Shown here: positions 37,501 through 50,910 of the stretch, in pieces
How the letters are laid out: each line of letters starts with the position of its first letter
How positions within the stretch are numbered: position 1 is the first letter of the stretch
DNA from: the human T2T-CHM13v2.0 reference genome, Homo sapiens
DNA length: 64,000 nucleotides
Strand: one strand, 5' to 3'
NCBI RefSeq assembly: GCF_009914755.1
Contig: NC_060933.1
Made by a program: the position numbers and the translations under genes
Notes under the pieces: model-generated
The model's database searches: none
What the model was told of the DNA's origin: nothing
The model's input: the letters and a program-made list of their open reading frames with translations, nothing else

Positions 37501-38799
37501 CTCCTTCATGGGGGTGAGTACCTTAATGAAACCATTGACCTAGTAACATCATTGGCTTTCCAAACAAGGTGAGAATGCAAGTGGAGGACTTAGGTCTGCA
37601 CCCTTTACAGAACAGCACAATGTTACCCACTGATCCATTTCCACCAGCATCATCAGGTGTCTTAAAAAGAAATGCTGACCCATGGCTGAAACCTGTCACT
37701 TTTCACAGCAGCACTCAACAAGAACTGGGACAATCGAAGAGCAAGTTTTTATGGGGACCCTGTTGCTGCTTTAGATTCTGATGTAATTGAAGAGGAAAGG
37801 AGACCCTTCAATGAATCCCAGCAAAATCACTAATCTTCTATCTGCATGAAAAAAGCCAGGGAGTGAACACAATATCTTACAGAGTGAAGAAGGCCACAAG
37901 AACAAGAGAGGGTGATTGATTGATTAATTTATTATTTTTAAAAACTTGGAAATTCATAAACTAGGATAATCACATTCTCCTTCCCCATCTCTGGGTAGTG
38001 CCATCATTTTAATAAGCAATGCTCAAATAACAGAATGGAACCTTTATCATGGGGATGGCCCTTGTACAACAGGAGTACAAAGGGCTTACAAAGTGAGTAG
38101 ACTGGCTCAAACTAACAATCACCTTTGCTTTGTTTTAGCACTTTGCTTACAAGTGAATGGGCTTCTAGGGCTAAGTTATTAGTTTTCAATTCCTTGTAAT
38201 TTGATACCAAAACATATCAAAAATAATAAGCTAAAACAATATTCAAACCCATATTTTATTGGCTTTATTACACACTTCAATATTTACAAAGTTAAAGTTA
38301 AATGAAAAGTCTCTATTGTATTAAAAAAAATAACTACAGCCCAAATTAAAGTGCCCTGGGGCAAATACATATCAATCAACTAAGAATCAGTGACTGCATC
38401 AGGAACCAGGCAGTACTCTGTGTTACAACAAAGCAGTTTATTTGTGATCAGTGTTTGAGACTCTATACATCCTTCACAAATTTAATTTTACATAATCTGA
38501 TACGTCTCTTAAAACTTAAACTTTGAACTGCTAGACTTTTATTTCCCTAGAACAGAAGGGCTGGTATAAGTTATTTTCCAGAAATGAGGTACCGTTTTCA
38601 CAGAACTGGTTTCTTTTTTTTTTTTCAAGTTTTAGAGAACTAAATTTGCATTTGTTAAAATCAAAAAGTAGGAAAGATGTTCTTTACAAATAATTTTGAT
38701 CAAGTATGTGTTCAAAGAAAGCAGGATAAAAAGGCTTTTTCTCTAACATTCTGTGTTGTACTGTATTGTTGTTCAATAGGAATTAGCTTCTGTCATTTG
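34565..38799 (-). other. STRBP: STRBP long 3' UTR with multiple poly(A) signals
   Basis: AT-rich, about 4.2 kb, no obvious transposons; minus-strand AATAAA at 38538, 38437, 38264, 38255, 37928, 37311, 37188 and 34585. Confidence 0.7.
35158..35179. repeat. (CA)n microsatellite in the STRBP 3' UTR
   Basis: Direct reading. Confidence 0.9.
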
Positions 38800-38876
38800 C
38801 TAAAAGAATGAGTAGTGGGGAACAGGATATGTTGGAAATTTCATAACGGGTAACAGAACCATTCTCTTGGGTAAAC
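38800..38876 (-). CDS. STRBP: STRBP terminal coding exon ([25 protein letters not shown])
   Basis: ctctgtag|GT; TAG stop at 38802-38800. Confidence 0.93.
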
Positions 38877-41416
38877 CTACAGAGAAAAGAAACGGAGAGG
38901 ACTCCAAATAAGTTTTAATACTCCAATAAAAATTTCAGGTAAAAAAATATCTGACAGTAATTATCATTAACCTTTTCCAGATCAGTCAGTCAACATGTAT
39001 ACCATTTTGCAAGAGGCCCATAAATCGCTCACAGATCTATTTTGAAATTGCTCTTAATATTTTGATAAATAATATTTTCCACTCTCAAAATCAGGATGGC
39101 TACATCTAGGAAGCAATTTCATTGAGTGAGCTACCATGAATTCTGAAAATCAAAAGCAATGCTATTGAATCATGTTCTAATCGACTGTAGAAATCCATAT
39201 TGGTTCTCAATGTGGCATATCACATATTCCAGGAGAAACGGGTTGTCAAGGTTCAAAGCATAGCTTTCCATGCAGACCTCAGCTCCAGCTGGAGCCATGG
39301 CCAGGCGTTTACTTAACTTCTTAATGGCTATGGCCAATATTGGCATGGCAAATCTGGAAAGATTAATTACTTTCTGAATTTGTAATTAATACGTTCTTGT
39401 GGCCTCACAGACTTCTGCATAGTCGAGCATGATTTGAAATCTGCTCCTCTTCCTATGCTAATATTTAACCTATGGAGAAATCACAAAGCAGCAACAGCAG
39501 GTATTCAAGAGCACCAGATGATCAGAGGGAAATTACCCCACATGCAACAGCTTTACAAAGGCCAAAAGACATATTTACCTTACAGCCAAAATAAAGCATC
39601 GTTTTAGTAGGTTTGCATCACAGTAACATTTAAAAACCAAATCTTTTATGTGAAAAATGGGGGCATCAAATTTCACCAGCTTTGGAAGTCAGTTATATGG
39701 CACGTGGAAGAGAGGAGCTTTCTGATGTGGGGGCTCAGAGGGCACAGGGTGAAAGTATAATGTTAAAGGAGGAAAGGGAGGAACAAGAGAGAAAAAAAGA
39801 CCAAGGAAAAACATGAATGTAACTTAGAATCTAGATATTAAAGTATTTTCAAAGGAAAAATCGAGCTCTAGCAAACCTTTACTGAAGAATCTGAAACTTA
39901 CTGTATGTCTAAAAGAAAGACACAGATTTAAATATCTGCCCCAAGCGGCAGATGTTTTGGCACTTATACAAGACATAGTACAGTGAGTCTAGTGAGCCAA
40001 AATGTACTTGGATAAATGGACCAGACCTAAGTCACAGAGAGGATGAGATGGTCAGGAGACCCAGAAGCCAGCTGAATAGTTAAAAGCAAATGGCCAAACC
40101 CAAACCCAAAGGAACTAGAGAGTTTGAATTTAGAAGGAAACCTGCGTAAGCTTATTATTGCATTAGTCTCCAATTCCTAGTTACCCATACGGCTCAGTTC
40201 AAAATATGGGGAAGCCTTGACCACACCCGAGTGTGCCAGAGGATATAAAGGATGTAGCTCCAGGCTCTGCACTTTGCCTAAAAGAAAATTTGCTCCGAAA
40301 GTGTGACCCTTGTAGCTTCACATCTTTCTAGGATATAAACTATTTTAATGGGCAAAGTGGTCAAACTATTCACTTTCTACTTATGTCCACAGTTACGAAA
40401 TCAGATGAAGGTTCAGTTTAGCAGTGTTTTAGGAACACAATTTTCATCCAAACAAAAATGGCAAAGCAGATGCATGAAGAGAAAATGCACAATGCGAAGG
40501 TCTGAGGCTCATGTAGAGGACTAATGCCAAAACTGGCAATACAGGAAGGGCCTTTCCCTTCTGTGTGGATGCACACCCAGCCTGGGGCATGCTGACACAC
40601 ACACTCTTGCACACACACACTCTCATGCTCTCTTCTCTGACAACACCCTGCAGATGGCTGATTCTATAACATGTAGCACCTGAGTAGAAAAAAGTGTCTA
40701 AGAGCATATCACTGACTCCAAACCTATTGCCTCCATTGCCACATAAACCTCATTCAAAAGTTATCCAAAGGGCCACTGGAGTTCATTTATGCATTTGCTT
40801 TTATTTTTTATTTTAGAGGGGAGAAGAGAAACACCTATGATATTCTAGCATGTACTACAGACTTCCTGCAGCGAGCACTTAAGTAAGACTGCTGGTGAAA
40901 CCCACTATCACTTCCTCTCTAGGGCCAATGATACCCATTTACTTCAACCCCAAAGCAAAGTTATGGAAAAGAATGAAGGCTACAAATTTGAAGTGAGCAG
41001 TTCCTATTCTTGACTTAAGTTACCCACAACTCACACGGTTCCAAACCAGAAACTTAAGTGTGGCTTTAAAACTGGTAGGCAGCCAAGCTAGCAACTGAGT
41101 ATGGCCCTTCAGTAGCCTTTGAATGGAGTATCAGTTGGCTGTAAGAAGAACTACTTAAAATATTTAATTTCAATATGGTCAGAAACAGGCAATTAGAACA
41201 AGCAGTCCTTCAATCAGGCAAAGCGGAGAGAAGAGCAACTCCAACCAAACCAAGAACCACAAGGTTGTGGCATTTTCAAAAGGAATTTAAGTTGGGTCAC
41301 TAGAATGAATAAATCTGAGATCCTCCAATTAATTTACAAAAACCCTAGATAGAAACTGTGCTTTGGATTGCTGTGACAGTCGCTAAGAGGAGATATCAGT
41401 AAGATGGTGTACGTAC

Positions 41417-41461
41417 CATAGGCAGGGGCAGCTGTGCTGTAACCATATGGTGTTCCATAGC
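41417..41461 (-). CDS. STRBP: STRBP coding exon (GYGTPYGYSTAAPAY), phase 1-1
   Basis: gcactag|GC ... TATG|gtacgt; 45 nt; keeps the frame between the flanking exons. Confidence 0.93.
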
Positions 41462-42277
41462 CTAGTGCAAAGAAGAAGAAGGCAGATCAGTCCAAGACCC
41501 AGGGCAATCATCACTGGCCCAATTCACAAGCACCACCTGCTCAGCACCCTGGGCCCGGAGGACTTCTTCCAGATGTTGGATGAATGAGAACCACTGCCAG
41601 AATGGTCCCAGTCTAGCCACTCTCTGTGTGCCTGCTTAAGATGTGGGAGCTCCTCACCATGGCCTACAAGGCTCTCCTAGATGTGCCAGACTGTCCTACA
41701 TCTCTTTCTCACTGCACTCACTGACCCCACACTCTATTAACTATCAGTTCCTTGTCTGGGTTCCCCACTAGAGTAGCATAGACCTGGTCAAACTTATCCG
41801 TCGTCGCATCATCTGAACCTAGCAGAATGTATGATATATATAGTAGCCACTCTCTAAATATAATTTGTTGAACAAAAGAATACTTAAAACCACTCAAACT
41901 ACCAATCTCTCAAAGTTAGCAAACAGAACTTTCCAAGTATCTTCAGAAAGTAGTGAGAGAGCAGGCTGAGGTCTCAATGGCCATTAAAACAGGCACATGA
42001 GTCAGGTCGTGAGCCCAAGGGCAAGGTCTATGACTTGCTGATATTTCAATTTCTGGCCCAAGTACAGGGTCTCTCTGTAAATGCTGGTGAATTTGACATC
42101 AGCCTCTGGTACCTATGAAAAAGGCTCACATTATTAAGTAAAAGCAAGTACAAAGAAGTTTTTATACCATATTAGTAGGGATTAGAAATATTACCTATAT
42201 TAACAGAAGCTGCAATCTTTTTACTCTTTTAGTAAAACAGCTTAGATATAGGTAATATGTAGATAAAAATTACTTGG

Positions 42278-42580
42278 GGCCAGGTGTGGTGGCTCATGCC
42301 TGTAATCCCAGCAATTTTGGAGGCTGTGGCAGGAGGACTGCTTGAACCCAGGAGTTAGAGACCAGCCTGGGCAATATAGTGAGACTCCATCTCTACAGAA
42401 AAACAAAAAATTAGCTGGGTATGGTGGTGCATGCCTGTAGTCCCAGCTCCTCAGGAGGCTGAGGTGGGAGGATCACTTGAGCCCAGGAGGTCGAGGCTGC
42501 AGTGAGCCATGATCACACCACTGCACTCCAGGCTGGGCAACAGAGAGAGATCATGTCTCAATAATAATAATAATAACAAC
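42278..42580 (+). mobile_element. Alu (AluJ-like) with (AAT)n tail
   Basis: Full dimeric Alu body. Confidence 0.92.
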
Positions 42581-43949
42581 AACTTATTCATTTATAAATG
42601 AAAAAAATTTCTAAAGTAGAACAAGGGCACAAAATCACCATGGCACTTTTACACAGTACCCAAAACAAATGGAGCTTTTTCACATTACCACTCCTTTTTT
42701 TGTAACCACTTCTGCTATTCAGAATGATTTCACTCCCTCCTTCTCTGGATGACCAACTGCAACTCACCCTTGAGAACAGGATCAATTATCACCTCCCCTA
42801 CAAAGTCTCCCAGACTTGCTGTTCTCTCTTTTGCCCAACCCATGTTATACTTGCATCATATTGCATTGTGTTTATTCAATTATCTGGTCCTACCCCAGGC
42901 AGTCACTGGGGCAGAGGCTAGGTCTTCTCTGAATGCCAAGTTCTAAATCTCCTGTTTGAGACAACGCATTCAAATGTATGCTGAAGAAGTAAACTGCTTT
43001 TAGGGACCAACTGAAACAGTTCTGAGGGATGAACAATTTTTACTTTTTAGTCTATAGTTAAGTCATATAACTCAGTCTGAGTGCTCACTAAATCATATTC
43101 AAGAGGACACATGTAGCTGAAATAAGCAGTAGGAAGAGGAGACAGATCAGAGGCCAAAAAAGAAATTAATGCTTAAAAAAGGTTAGCTATCAAATTTATT
43201 CCAGAAAACAGAAGCTGTTTGGCTAAGGCTGCAGTTCTAAGGATTATACCAAAACCTCCTTAAGAAGAAATGAGACCACAAGTACTAACTAGGTCATTCA
43301 TCAGGACACTGGAGTCCTGATTCTAACTTCACCTTTTCCTAGCAAGGTATCTGTGAATGGCACCTGTTATTTAACCTCTCTGAGCTTCAGTGTTCTATGT
43401 ACAGTAACTGAGTTGCCAGGGGAATTTAATTAAATAATACATGTAAATATACTGACAACAGTCCCTGCTGCACAGAATATACTGTGCAAATGGTATATAA
43501 CCTATTCATAATCTAAAGGGACCTAATCTGAATCTTGTCTCGGCCATAAAATAACTTCATTTTTAAAAGCTTCGGGACACAGGCCTTTCAGGGAGGTCAA
43601 TGCAATGACACAAGAGAGGAGTCACTATAGAGTAAAGCCTGGCAACGAGTGGCCATAAACGGTTCCTTTCATGATTACTGCCACTGGACCATAGCCATTT
43701 ACCACTCTAGCAGGTGGTAAATGGTCCGCGGCAACAAGAGACGTGACCAGATTAAGCCCCAATAGAACACATCATCAAAGACAAGAAAGATAGTTCATCT
43801 CTATAACCCGCCTATTATTGTGAATGAAAGCTTTGCCCTTTCAATAATACACTGAATAAGGCTAAAATTATTAAATATCAGTAGAAATAGTGAGACACAC
43901 AGAAGACTGTCTTAATTTTAGACTCATAAACTATGTCACACCATAAGAA

Positions 43950-45000
43950 ATTCATAACCTTTTCCTTTTCCCCCAATGCTCCAGCTAAAAACCCTAGGAG
44001 CTGAGATATCCTTGAAACATCACTCTTCTTTCTATATATTCAATACACCAATTTTGCTTCCTTTATATTCCTCCCATCTGTTCTCTTCTGGTCTCCCCCT
44101 TTCTTCTTCCCTGCCTCCAGTAGCAATACTATCAATGTCTCTTGCCTGGGTTAGTAGTCTTCAGTAGCCCTTTTTTAACTGAGGCATAATAGATGTACAT
44201 AGTTCCGGGGTTCGTGTGATAATTTAATATACCCATGTAATTTATAAAGATCAAATCAGTGAACTTAGGATACCCATCATCTTAAATATTTGTCCTTTCT
44301 TTATGCTAGAACCATTTGAACTCTTCTAGCCAGTTTGAAATGTACAATACATTACTGTAAACTATATGCCTTCTAACTGATCTTGTCAATGCTCACACCT
44401 ATCCCTACCTCCTGTTCTTCACACTATAGAAAGACTAACCTTCACAAATAAAGTCTGATCTTGTCACTATTCTCCTAAGAACCCATCAAGACTTAACACT
44501 GTGCTTAGGGTTCTAAGACCAAAATCCAAACAACGGCCTCCAGGTCTGGGACTGAGTCATCCAGCTTTAATTCACATCATTCCCCAGTCTCTCCACTTCT
44601 GCCACTCAGTGCTCACCACATTCCACACATTCTGGACTTCTGCTTCTTCAATTGAGCCAAATTCCCCAACAGCAACACAAGGTCTCTGCACATGCTGTTC
44701 CTTCTGTATGCAACACTCTCCCATCCCAGTCTTCTTTGAGTTAACTCCTATTCATTCTTCAAAGCCCAATTCAAATGTCCCTTCTTCTGGGAAGCCTCCA
44801 GGGACCCACTAAACTAGACCAGGTTTCTCTGTTACATGCTCTCACAGCAGCATGTCCTTCTTTTTCATCATACTCATCTCAGTTTCTCGTTGTTATTACT
44901 TGATTAATCTACGTCTCACCCTTCAGACTGTAAGCTGCATGAGAACAAAATCCATGTCTGCTGTGTGCCAAAGCAGGCACACTCCTTGAGCAATTTACCT
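43950..45000. mobile_element. LINE-2 relic
   Basis: tctgatcttgtcact, tcaaatgtcccttcttctgggaagcc and agactgtaagctgcatgag motifs typical of the L2 3' region. Confidence 0.6.
44170..44366 (-). mobile_element. L1MA-type 3' end fragment inserted in an L2
   Basis: gatcaaatcagtg...catcttaaatattt...tttgaaatgtacaatacatta. Confidence 0.6.
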
Positions 45001-46047
45001 ACTAGGATTATCTTCTAGAAGAATCATTCCAAAGCCACATCATAAAATTTCCCAAATGGCCTAGTCTTATTCTTTCTTAGAGGAAAGCACAAAGTGAACC
45101 CTTAGGGATGTTACCTAAAAAACAATGACTGGATAAGACCCAATCTTCATGACAATTTTATCTTGATCAGTATCTACAAGTGGTTTACTTGTCCAGTTTA
45201 AAGTACTATACTTTCAATATTGTGAAGAACTTGATTTTAACAAGACAGCTGGATAATCTACTGTTAAAATGACATAAGAATTAGAAGGGAAGGCAGAGAG
45301 AGGGCATTCTCCCAAATCTTCTTTAAGCTATGTGGTGGAATGGAAAGAATATGAACTTTGGAAATGCAAACACCTACATTCAAATCCTTGCTCTGTGGTT
45401 TAGTGGTTGCTTCACCCTGAGCTAGCTGCCTTATCTCCCTAAATACCAGTTTCCTTCCTTGGAAAATAATTTCTACCTGATGAAACACTGTGAAGATTAA
45501 AAACAAATTAAATTAAATTAAATTAAAAACAATTTAATAGGTAAAATTATTTACATGAAAATATCTAGTATATATAGTAAGCTCTGGATAAATTTTTTTT
45601 CCTTTGTGTATTTCTTTAGCCTTTGATGGTTCCCAAACATTAAGTTTAACAAACACTAATAATGCCAGGCTTCACCCTAATTAAGTAACCTCTTAGCAGT
45701 TTTTCTCTCCTGTTATACCCAACCTGTCATCTATGTCCTCGATGAAAACACCCTGCTCACCCTTCTCAATCTATGGAATATCCTTTAATTCCTTGTCAAA
45801 ATACAGTCCCACAACCAAATGCAATTTGCTCATCTGTCATCTCCCTCCAGGTAGCCTCTCCTCACTCAGCAGATTCCAGGAGAACACCTATGACATTCTG
45901 CCAATTCTCTACTTTTAAATTTCTGTGTACATTCATGCCTGTGTTATATTTCCACAAACCCTGTACAACCTTAGAAAATGCAGGAGATGCTATTCTTTGA
46001 ATTTCGGCCCAGTAAAGGGGGCCAATCTCTTGCAGTTTGTACTATAC

Positions 46048-46171
46048 CTGGAGCTATGTAGCCAGGAGCAGCTGTCGCCCCAACAAAAGCTCCCCTTGTT
46101 AGAGTTCCTCTTCCTCTGCCCCGAACAGCTTGGACTGCTGCAGACACAGCTGTATTCACAACGCCCTTTGC
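46048..46171 (-). CDS. STRBP: STRBP coding exon, RG-rich ([41 protein letters not shown]), phase 0-1
   Basis: ttaacag|GCA ... CCAG|gtatag; 124 nt. Confidence 0.95.
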
Positions 46172-46740
46172 CTGTTAAAATAACACATTTTCATTACTGA
46201 AAGAAATAAGAACCATTTTATTTCTTCTATCATCTCTTCAACGCACAACAACTATGAGAAACTGTGAGCACGTGGGTGAGACCATGAGCTGTCTGTGATC
46301 TTGAACCTTCAATTTATCATCTGAAAAACAAAAATGATACCTACCTTACAGAGATGTTAAGAGAATATGCAAATAACTTCTTTTTGCTTGAGGGTTATCC
46401 AGAAAGAGTTCATTTTCTACACCAAATTTCAGTAATCAATTTATATCCAAAGTCATTTTAGGCCTTACTAAAGTAATCATACACACTTGGTACCTAGGTT
46501 CCAAATCCAGTAAATTATCTGCCAACAGGCAGAAAATATCTGAGCAACTAATTACATAGAATTAACTGCGAATCTGAGTGGGGCTAGTGGGGGGAAAACA
46601 TAAAGGACTAAGACAGGAGGACCAAAGATGAGGATGCCAGTTCCTGCTCTAAGTAACTGTGACCTCAGGAAGGTAATATGATTTCTTGGAGCCCGATTCC
46701 TCTGCTGTTTGTGTATGTATGTATCCACTACTAATTATCT

Positions 46741-47044
46741 TTTTTTGGTTTTTTTTTTTGAGACGGAGTCTCGCTCTGTCACCCAGGCTGGAGTGCAATG
46801 GTGCGATCTCGACTCACTGCAACCTCCACCTTCCCAGGTTCAAGTGATTCTCCTGCCTCAGCCTCCCAAGTAACTGGAATTACAGGCACCCGCCACCACA
46901 CCTGGCTAATTTTCGTATTTTTAGTAGAGACAGGGTTTCACCATGTTGACCAGGCTGGTCTTGACTCCTGACCTCAAGTGATCTGCCCACCTCAGCTTCC
47001 TTTCAAAGTGCTGGGATTACAGGTGTGAGCCACCGCACCTGGCC
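46741..47044 (-). mobile_element. Alu (AluS-like)
   Basis: Poly-T plus antisense Alu. Confidence 0.92.
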
Positions 47045-47577
47045 CCATTATTAAATAAATAAATACCACTTTGAAAGCCCCTTCTTTCTCTAAAATGCCA
47101 TAATCTATGGAAATCTCCCCACTAATTAAAAATGTGGATAATGATACCCACTTTGTTTTCCTTAGAGTTGAAACAGTAACCGAGAATTATAAAATGAGAA
47201 TAATGATACTTTGTTTTCCTTAGAGTAGAAAGAACAACGAGAGAACAGATATAAAAACATTCTAAAAATACAACAGATAACACCGGGAGTAACAGTAAAC
47301 AGGACTGTTGAAAAACCTCTTTTCCAAACTAAATTTTAAGAAAATCAAAAGGTGTCTAGTTTCAAATTGAATATTATACTTATAGAAATGCAACAAAAAC
47401 TCAAGCTAGAAACAATTAAGATTCCCCACTATAACCAAGGTGCAAGAAAGTGGTGCAAAGCCTCAAAGCGTACTCTATGATAAAGTCAACAGTGTCTAAG
47501 AAGCTGAAAGAGTCAGAATACATACACATTGGTTTATCTCACTTTGAAAATGCAACATCCTTTATTCTTTCCAGGAT

Positions 47578-47635
47578 AACCTCTACCTCTAGTATGAATG
47601 GGCAGGAACCTCTACCTCTAGTATGAATGGGCAGG
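47578..47635. repeat. Perfect 29-bp tandem duplication
   Basis: aacctctacctctagtatgaatgggcagg x2. Confidence 0.95.
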
Positions 47636-49240
47636 AGACAGTTTCAAGGTTAACTGTGTCATGCACAGGGACTGCCGTTTTTGTTTTTCTCTGAAATAAA
47701 CCAACCCACATATCCAAAATAGATTGCTTCTTGGCCGTCAAGCACATTGAACACATGAGTTTTATAGCTTATAGTATGGAAAATTTCTAAAAATGAGTGA
47801 ACTTCATGTAGACATCTTTCTTTTTTTAACATGACTTAGTCAAAAGTAGTCAGCAAGCAACAATCTGGCAGTAGCAGAATGATTCCACACAAATCTAGCT
47901 CATGTCTAGTAGAACAAACTTAACTACCTAATAAATATTTGCACATGGGCTTTTTAAACTAAAATTAACTGACCAAACATAAGATGTAATATGGGAAAAA
48001 ACACCATAAAACAAGCTCATAAAACAAGAATCATCTTTCAACTAATTTAGAACATACTTTGTTCTATGTTTACCAGAAGATTTTAGAAAATAAAATCTAC
48101 TTGTTTTCGACATGCGTAATTTAAAGGCTTTAAAAATTTTTTCATCTCATTAAAATAAGTTTTCTCTACCTTTTGGATCCTAGAATTTAAGCAGTGTTTA
48201 TTATAGCAAATACAAGAAATTTAAATGAATACAAAACAAATTTTGAGATGGATACAATATGCAATAGTAAAATGTCCATGGCCTTTGGGAGAACTACCTG
48301 GTTCTAGAAGGAACCCCCACCATCAATTAGCTGTGTTACCACAGGCAAGTATTTCCATTTCTTTGGGCCTTGTTTCCTTACCTGTAAAATAAGATCAATT
48401 CTACCCTCCTACAATGGACATAGCATACATAATGGAATCTAAATATAATGTTTAATGTAGAATTAAACAATCTAAGCTTCTTTTTATTACGTTAAGCATT
48501 TTTAATTTCTATCATATAATATATTCAGATGTTATGTTATTATACCAGTACTCTCTATGAGGCACAATGTGTCTTATATTTACTTACTCTTTCCCTCACT
48601 ATCAGGCATATGATGTATGACTAGAAAATGTTTTTTGAATGCATAAATGAATGGATGGAAGAATCTCATATCCACAAGCATGTAATTAGAGGGCCATCTT
48701 TTCTAAATACCTTGCTAAGATCCTGGACATTCAGTAGCACTGACATTCCCAGTGTCAGTAATGAACAGACACAATACAGCGCCAAATTTTATGCGGTCGG
48801 CAAAGGAAACCCAAAATAAACAATGCAAAAGCACGAAACTGCAAAGGAACTGGAAGAGCACCCGCAGGCTGATGAAAGCAAAGCCCCAGGTGCTCCTGGC
48901 AGCTTCCCCAAACTAAACTGCTTAGACCTCACTAAGGTCCAAATCACCTCAAAACCTGACTTCATCAAGAATGACCTCAACCCTCCAAATAATGCTAATA
49001 GCCTCATATATACATATAAATATAAATATACATGTACATATATATTTTGTTTAGAAAGTCCATAGAACATGAAACCACTAATCAAATTTATATTATTCGT
49101 GACCTAACCCAAAGCAAAGGTCACCAAGTCCAAGAAAAGGAAACAACTTCAGAAAAAGCTAAAGTGCCACATGGACAGGAAAGAAAATTTAATTCCTCTA
49201 ACATTTTTCACAGGTTCTGCAAAGGTTTAATGTTTACTCA

Positions 49241-49384
<144 letters not shown>

Positions 49385-49508
49385 CTACAATCAAGAATAA
49401 CACCTTGCAATTATCCCATGCAATTCCTCTATGTCCTTTTAATTTAAATAGATTATGACACAGAAAACACCAAAAATCAAATAGTGCCACAAGAACTGAC
49501 TCAGTCTA

Positions 49509-49718
<210 letters not shown>

Positions 49719-50595
49719 CTATAAGAGAAAGGGAATCTGAAGGTTCAATCAAGTAAGATTTTAGAATATTACATTTCTTATTAATACAATTATGCTAAGA
49801 AGGAGGCTCAAAAATTCTACTTCAAAGCACTCAGGGGCTAGAATGAGTCACCTCTTTACACAAATGGCAAAATATCATTAAAGCTGTAAAAACTCTACAA
49901 GCAGTAAACATTGCAGTCATCTGGCCAGCCTTCCTTCGAAGCAGTATTCAAGACCAATCAATGCAACCTCACCACTGTGGGCCACTCCAGGCTCTGCTCT
50001 GTAGTGTTCGTGATCTAAGAATAATACTCTAAATTACTAATAACGAGAATAGAACAGTTTGGATTCACGTGATGCCTAAGGGTTCATCATTTTTCTTCTT
50101 TAGGGTTAGGAAGAAATAACTCTCAATTTGGGATGTTAGAGGGTAAATGTTCCCATACACCTCTCAGTCACTCTAAACAGATTTAAGGGGACCTAAGGTA
50201 AAAACAGTTGGCTATAGACTATGGATTCTGAAATTTTAAAATAACAATAAAGGCAGTCACTCTCTGCCCTCAAGGAGCTAGAGTGTAGTGGGAGGGACAG
50301 ATATCATCACTGCAAAATAACGTATGTTAAAGAGGAGATACATGCTATGGAAATAACTGATTTGAGGAAGGATAAGAATAGAAGTAGTGAAATAATTCAT
50401 GCAAGAGCATGAAGGTGCAAATGAAAACAGAGGCTAGCATCAAAAGCAAACTAACAAATAAACCCACAAAATACAACTATAATTTTGAGAAAGGAGAAAC
50501 CAAAAGATAGGGCACTTTTTGAGGTCAGAGATCATGTCTGTAATTCCACCACACAAGAAATGCTGAACACACAAAATAAATGTCCAAAAGTGTTA

Positions 50596-50910
50596 ATTTT
50601 GTTTTTTTTGTTTGTTGTTGTTGTTGTTTTGAGACAGAGTCTCGCTCTGTGGCCCAGGCTGGAGTGCAGTGGTGCAATCTCGGCTCACTGCAACCTCCAC
50701 CTCCTGGGTTCAGGTAATTCCTGCCTCAGCGTCCCAAGTAGCTGGAATTGCAGGCACCTGCCACCACACCCGGCTAATTTTTGTATTTTTAGTAGAGACA
50801 GGGTATCGCCACGTTGGCCAGGGTGCACTCAAACTCCTGACCTCAGGTGATCCGCCTGCCTCAGCCTCCCAAAGTGCTGGGATTACAGGTGTGCACCACC
50901 ATGCCCAGCC
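50596..50910 (-). mobile_element. Alu (AluS-like)
   Basis: (TTG)n tail plus antisense Alu. Confidence 0.92.

Noticed and set aside
45971-46047. In-frame read-through of the STRBP RG exon into the intron (GIVQTARDW...)
   Set aside because: No nearby canonical poly(A) signal seen; a short open extension is expected by chance
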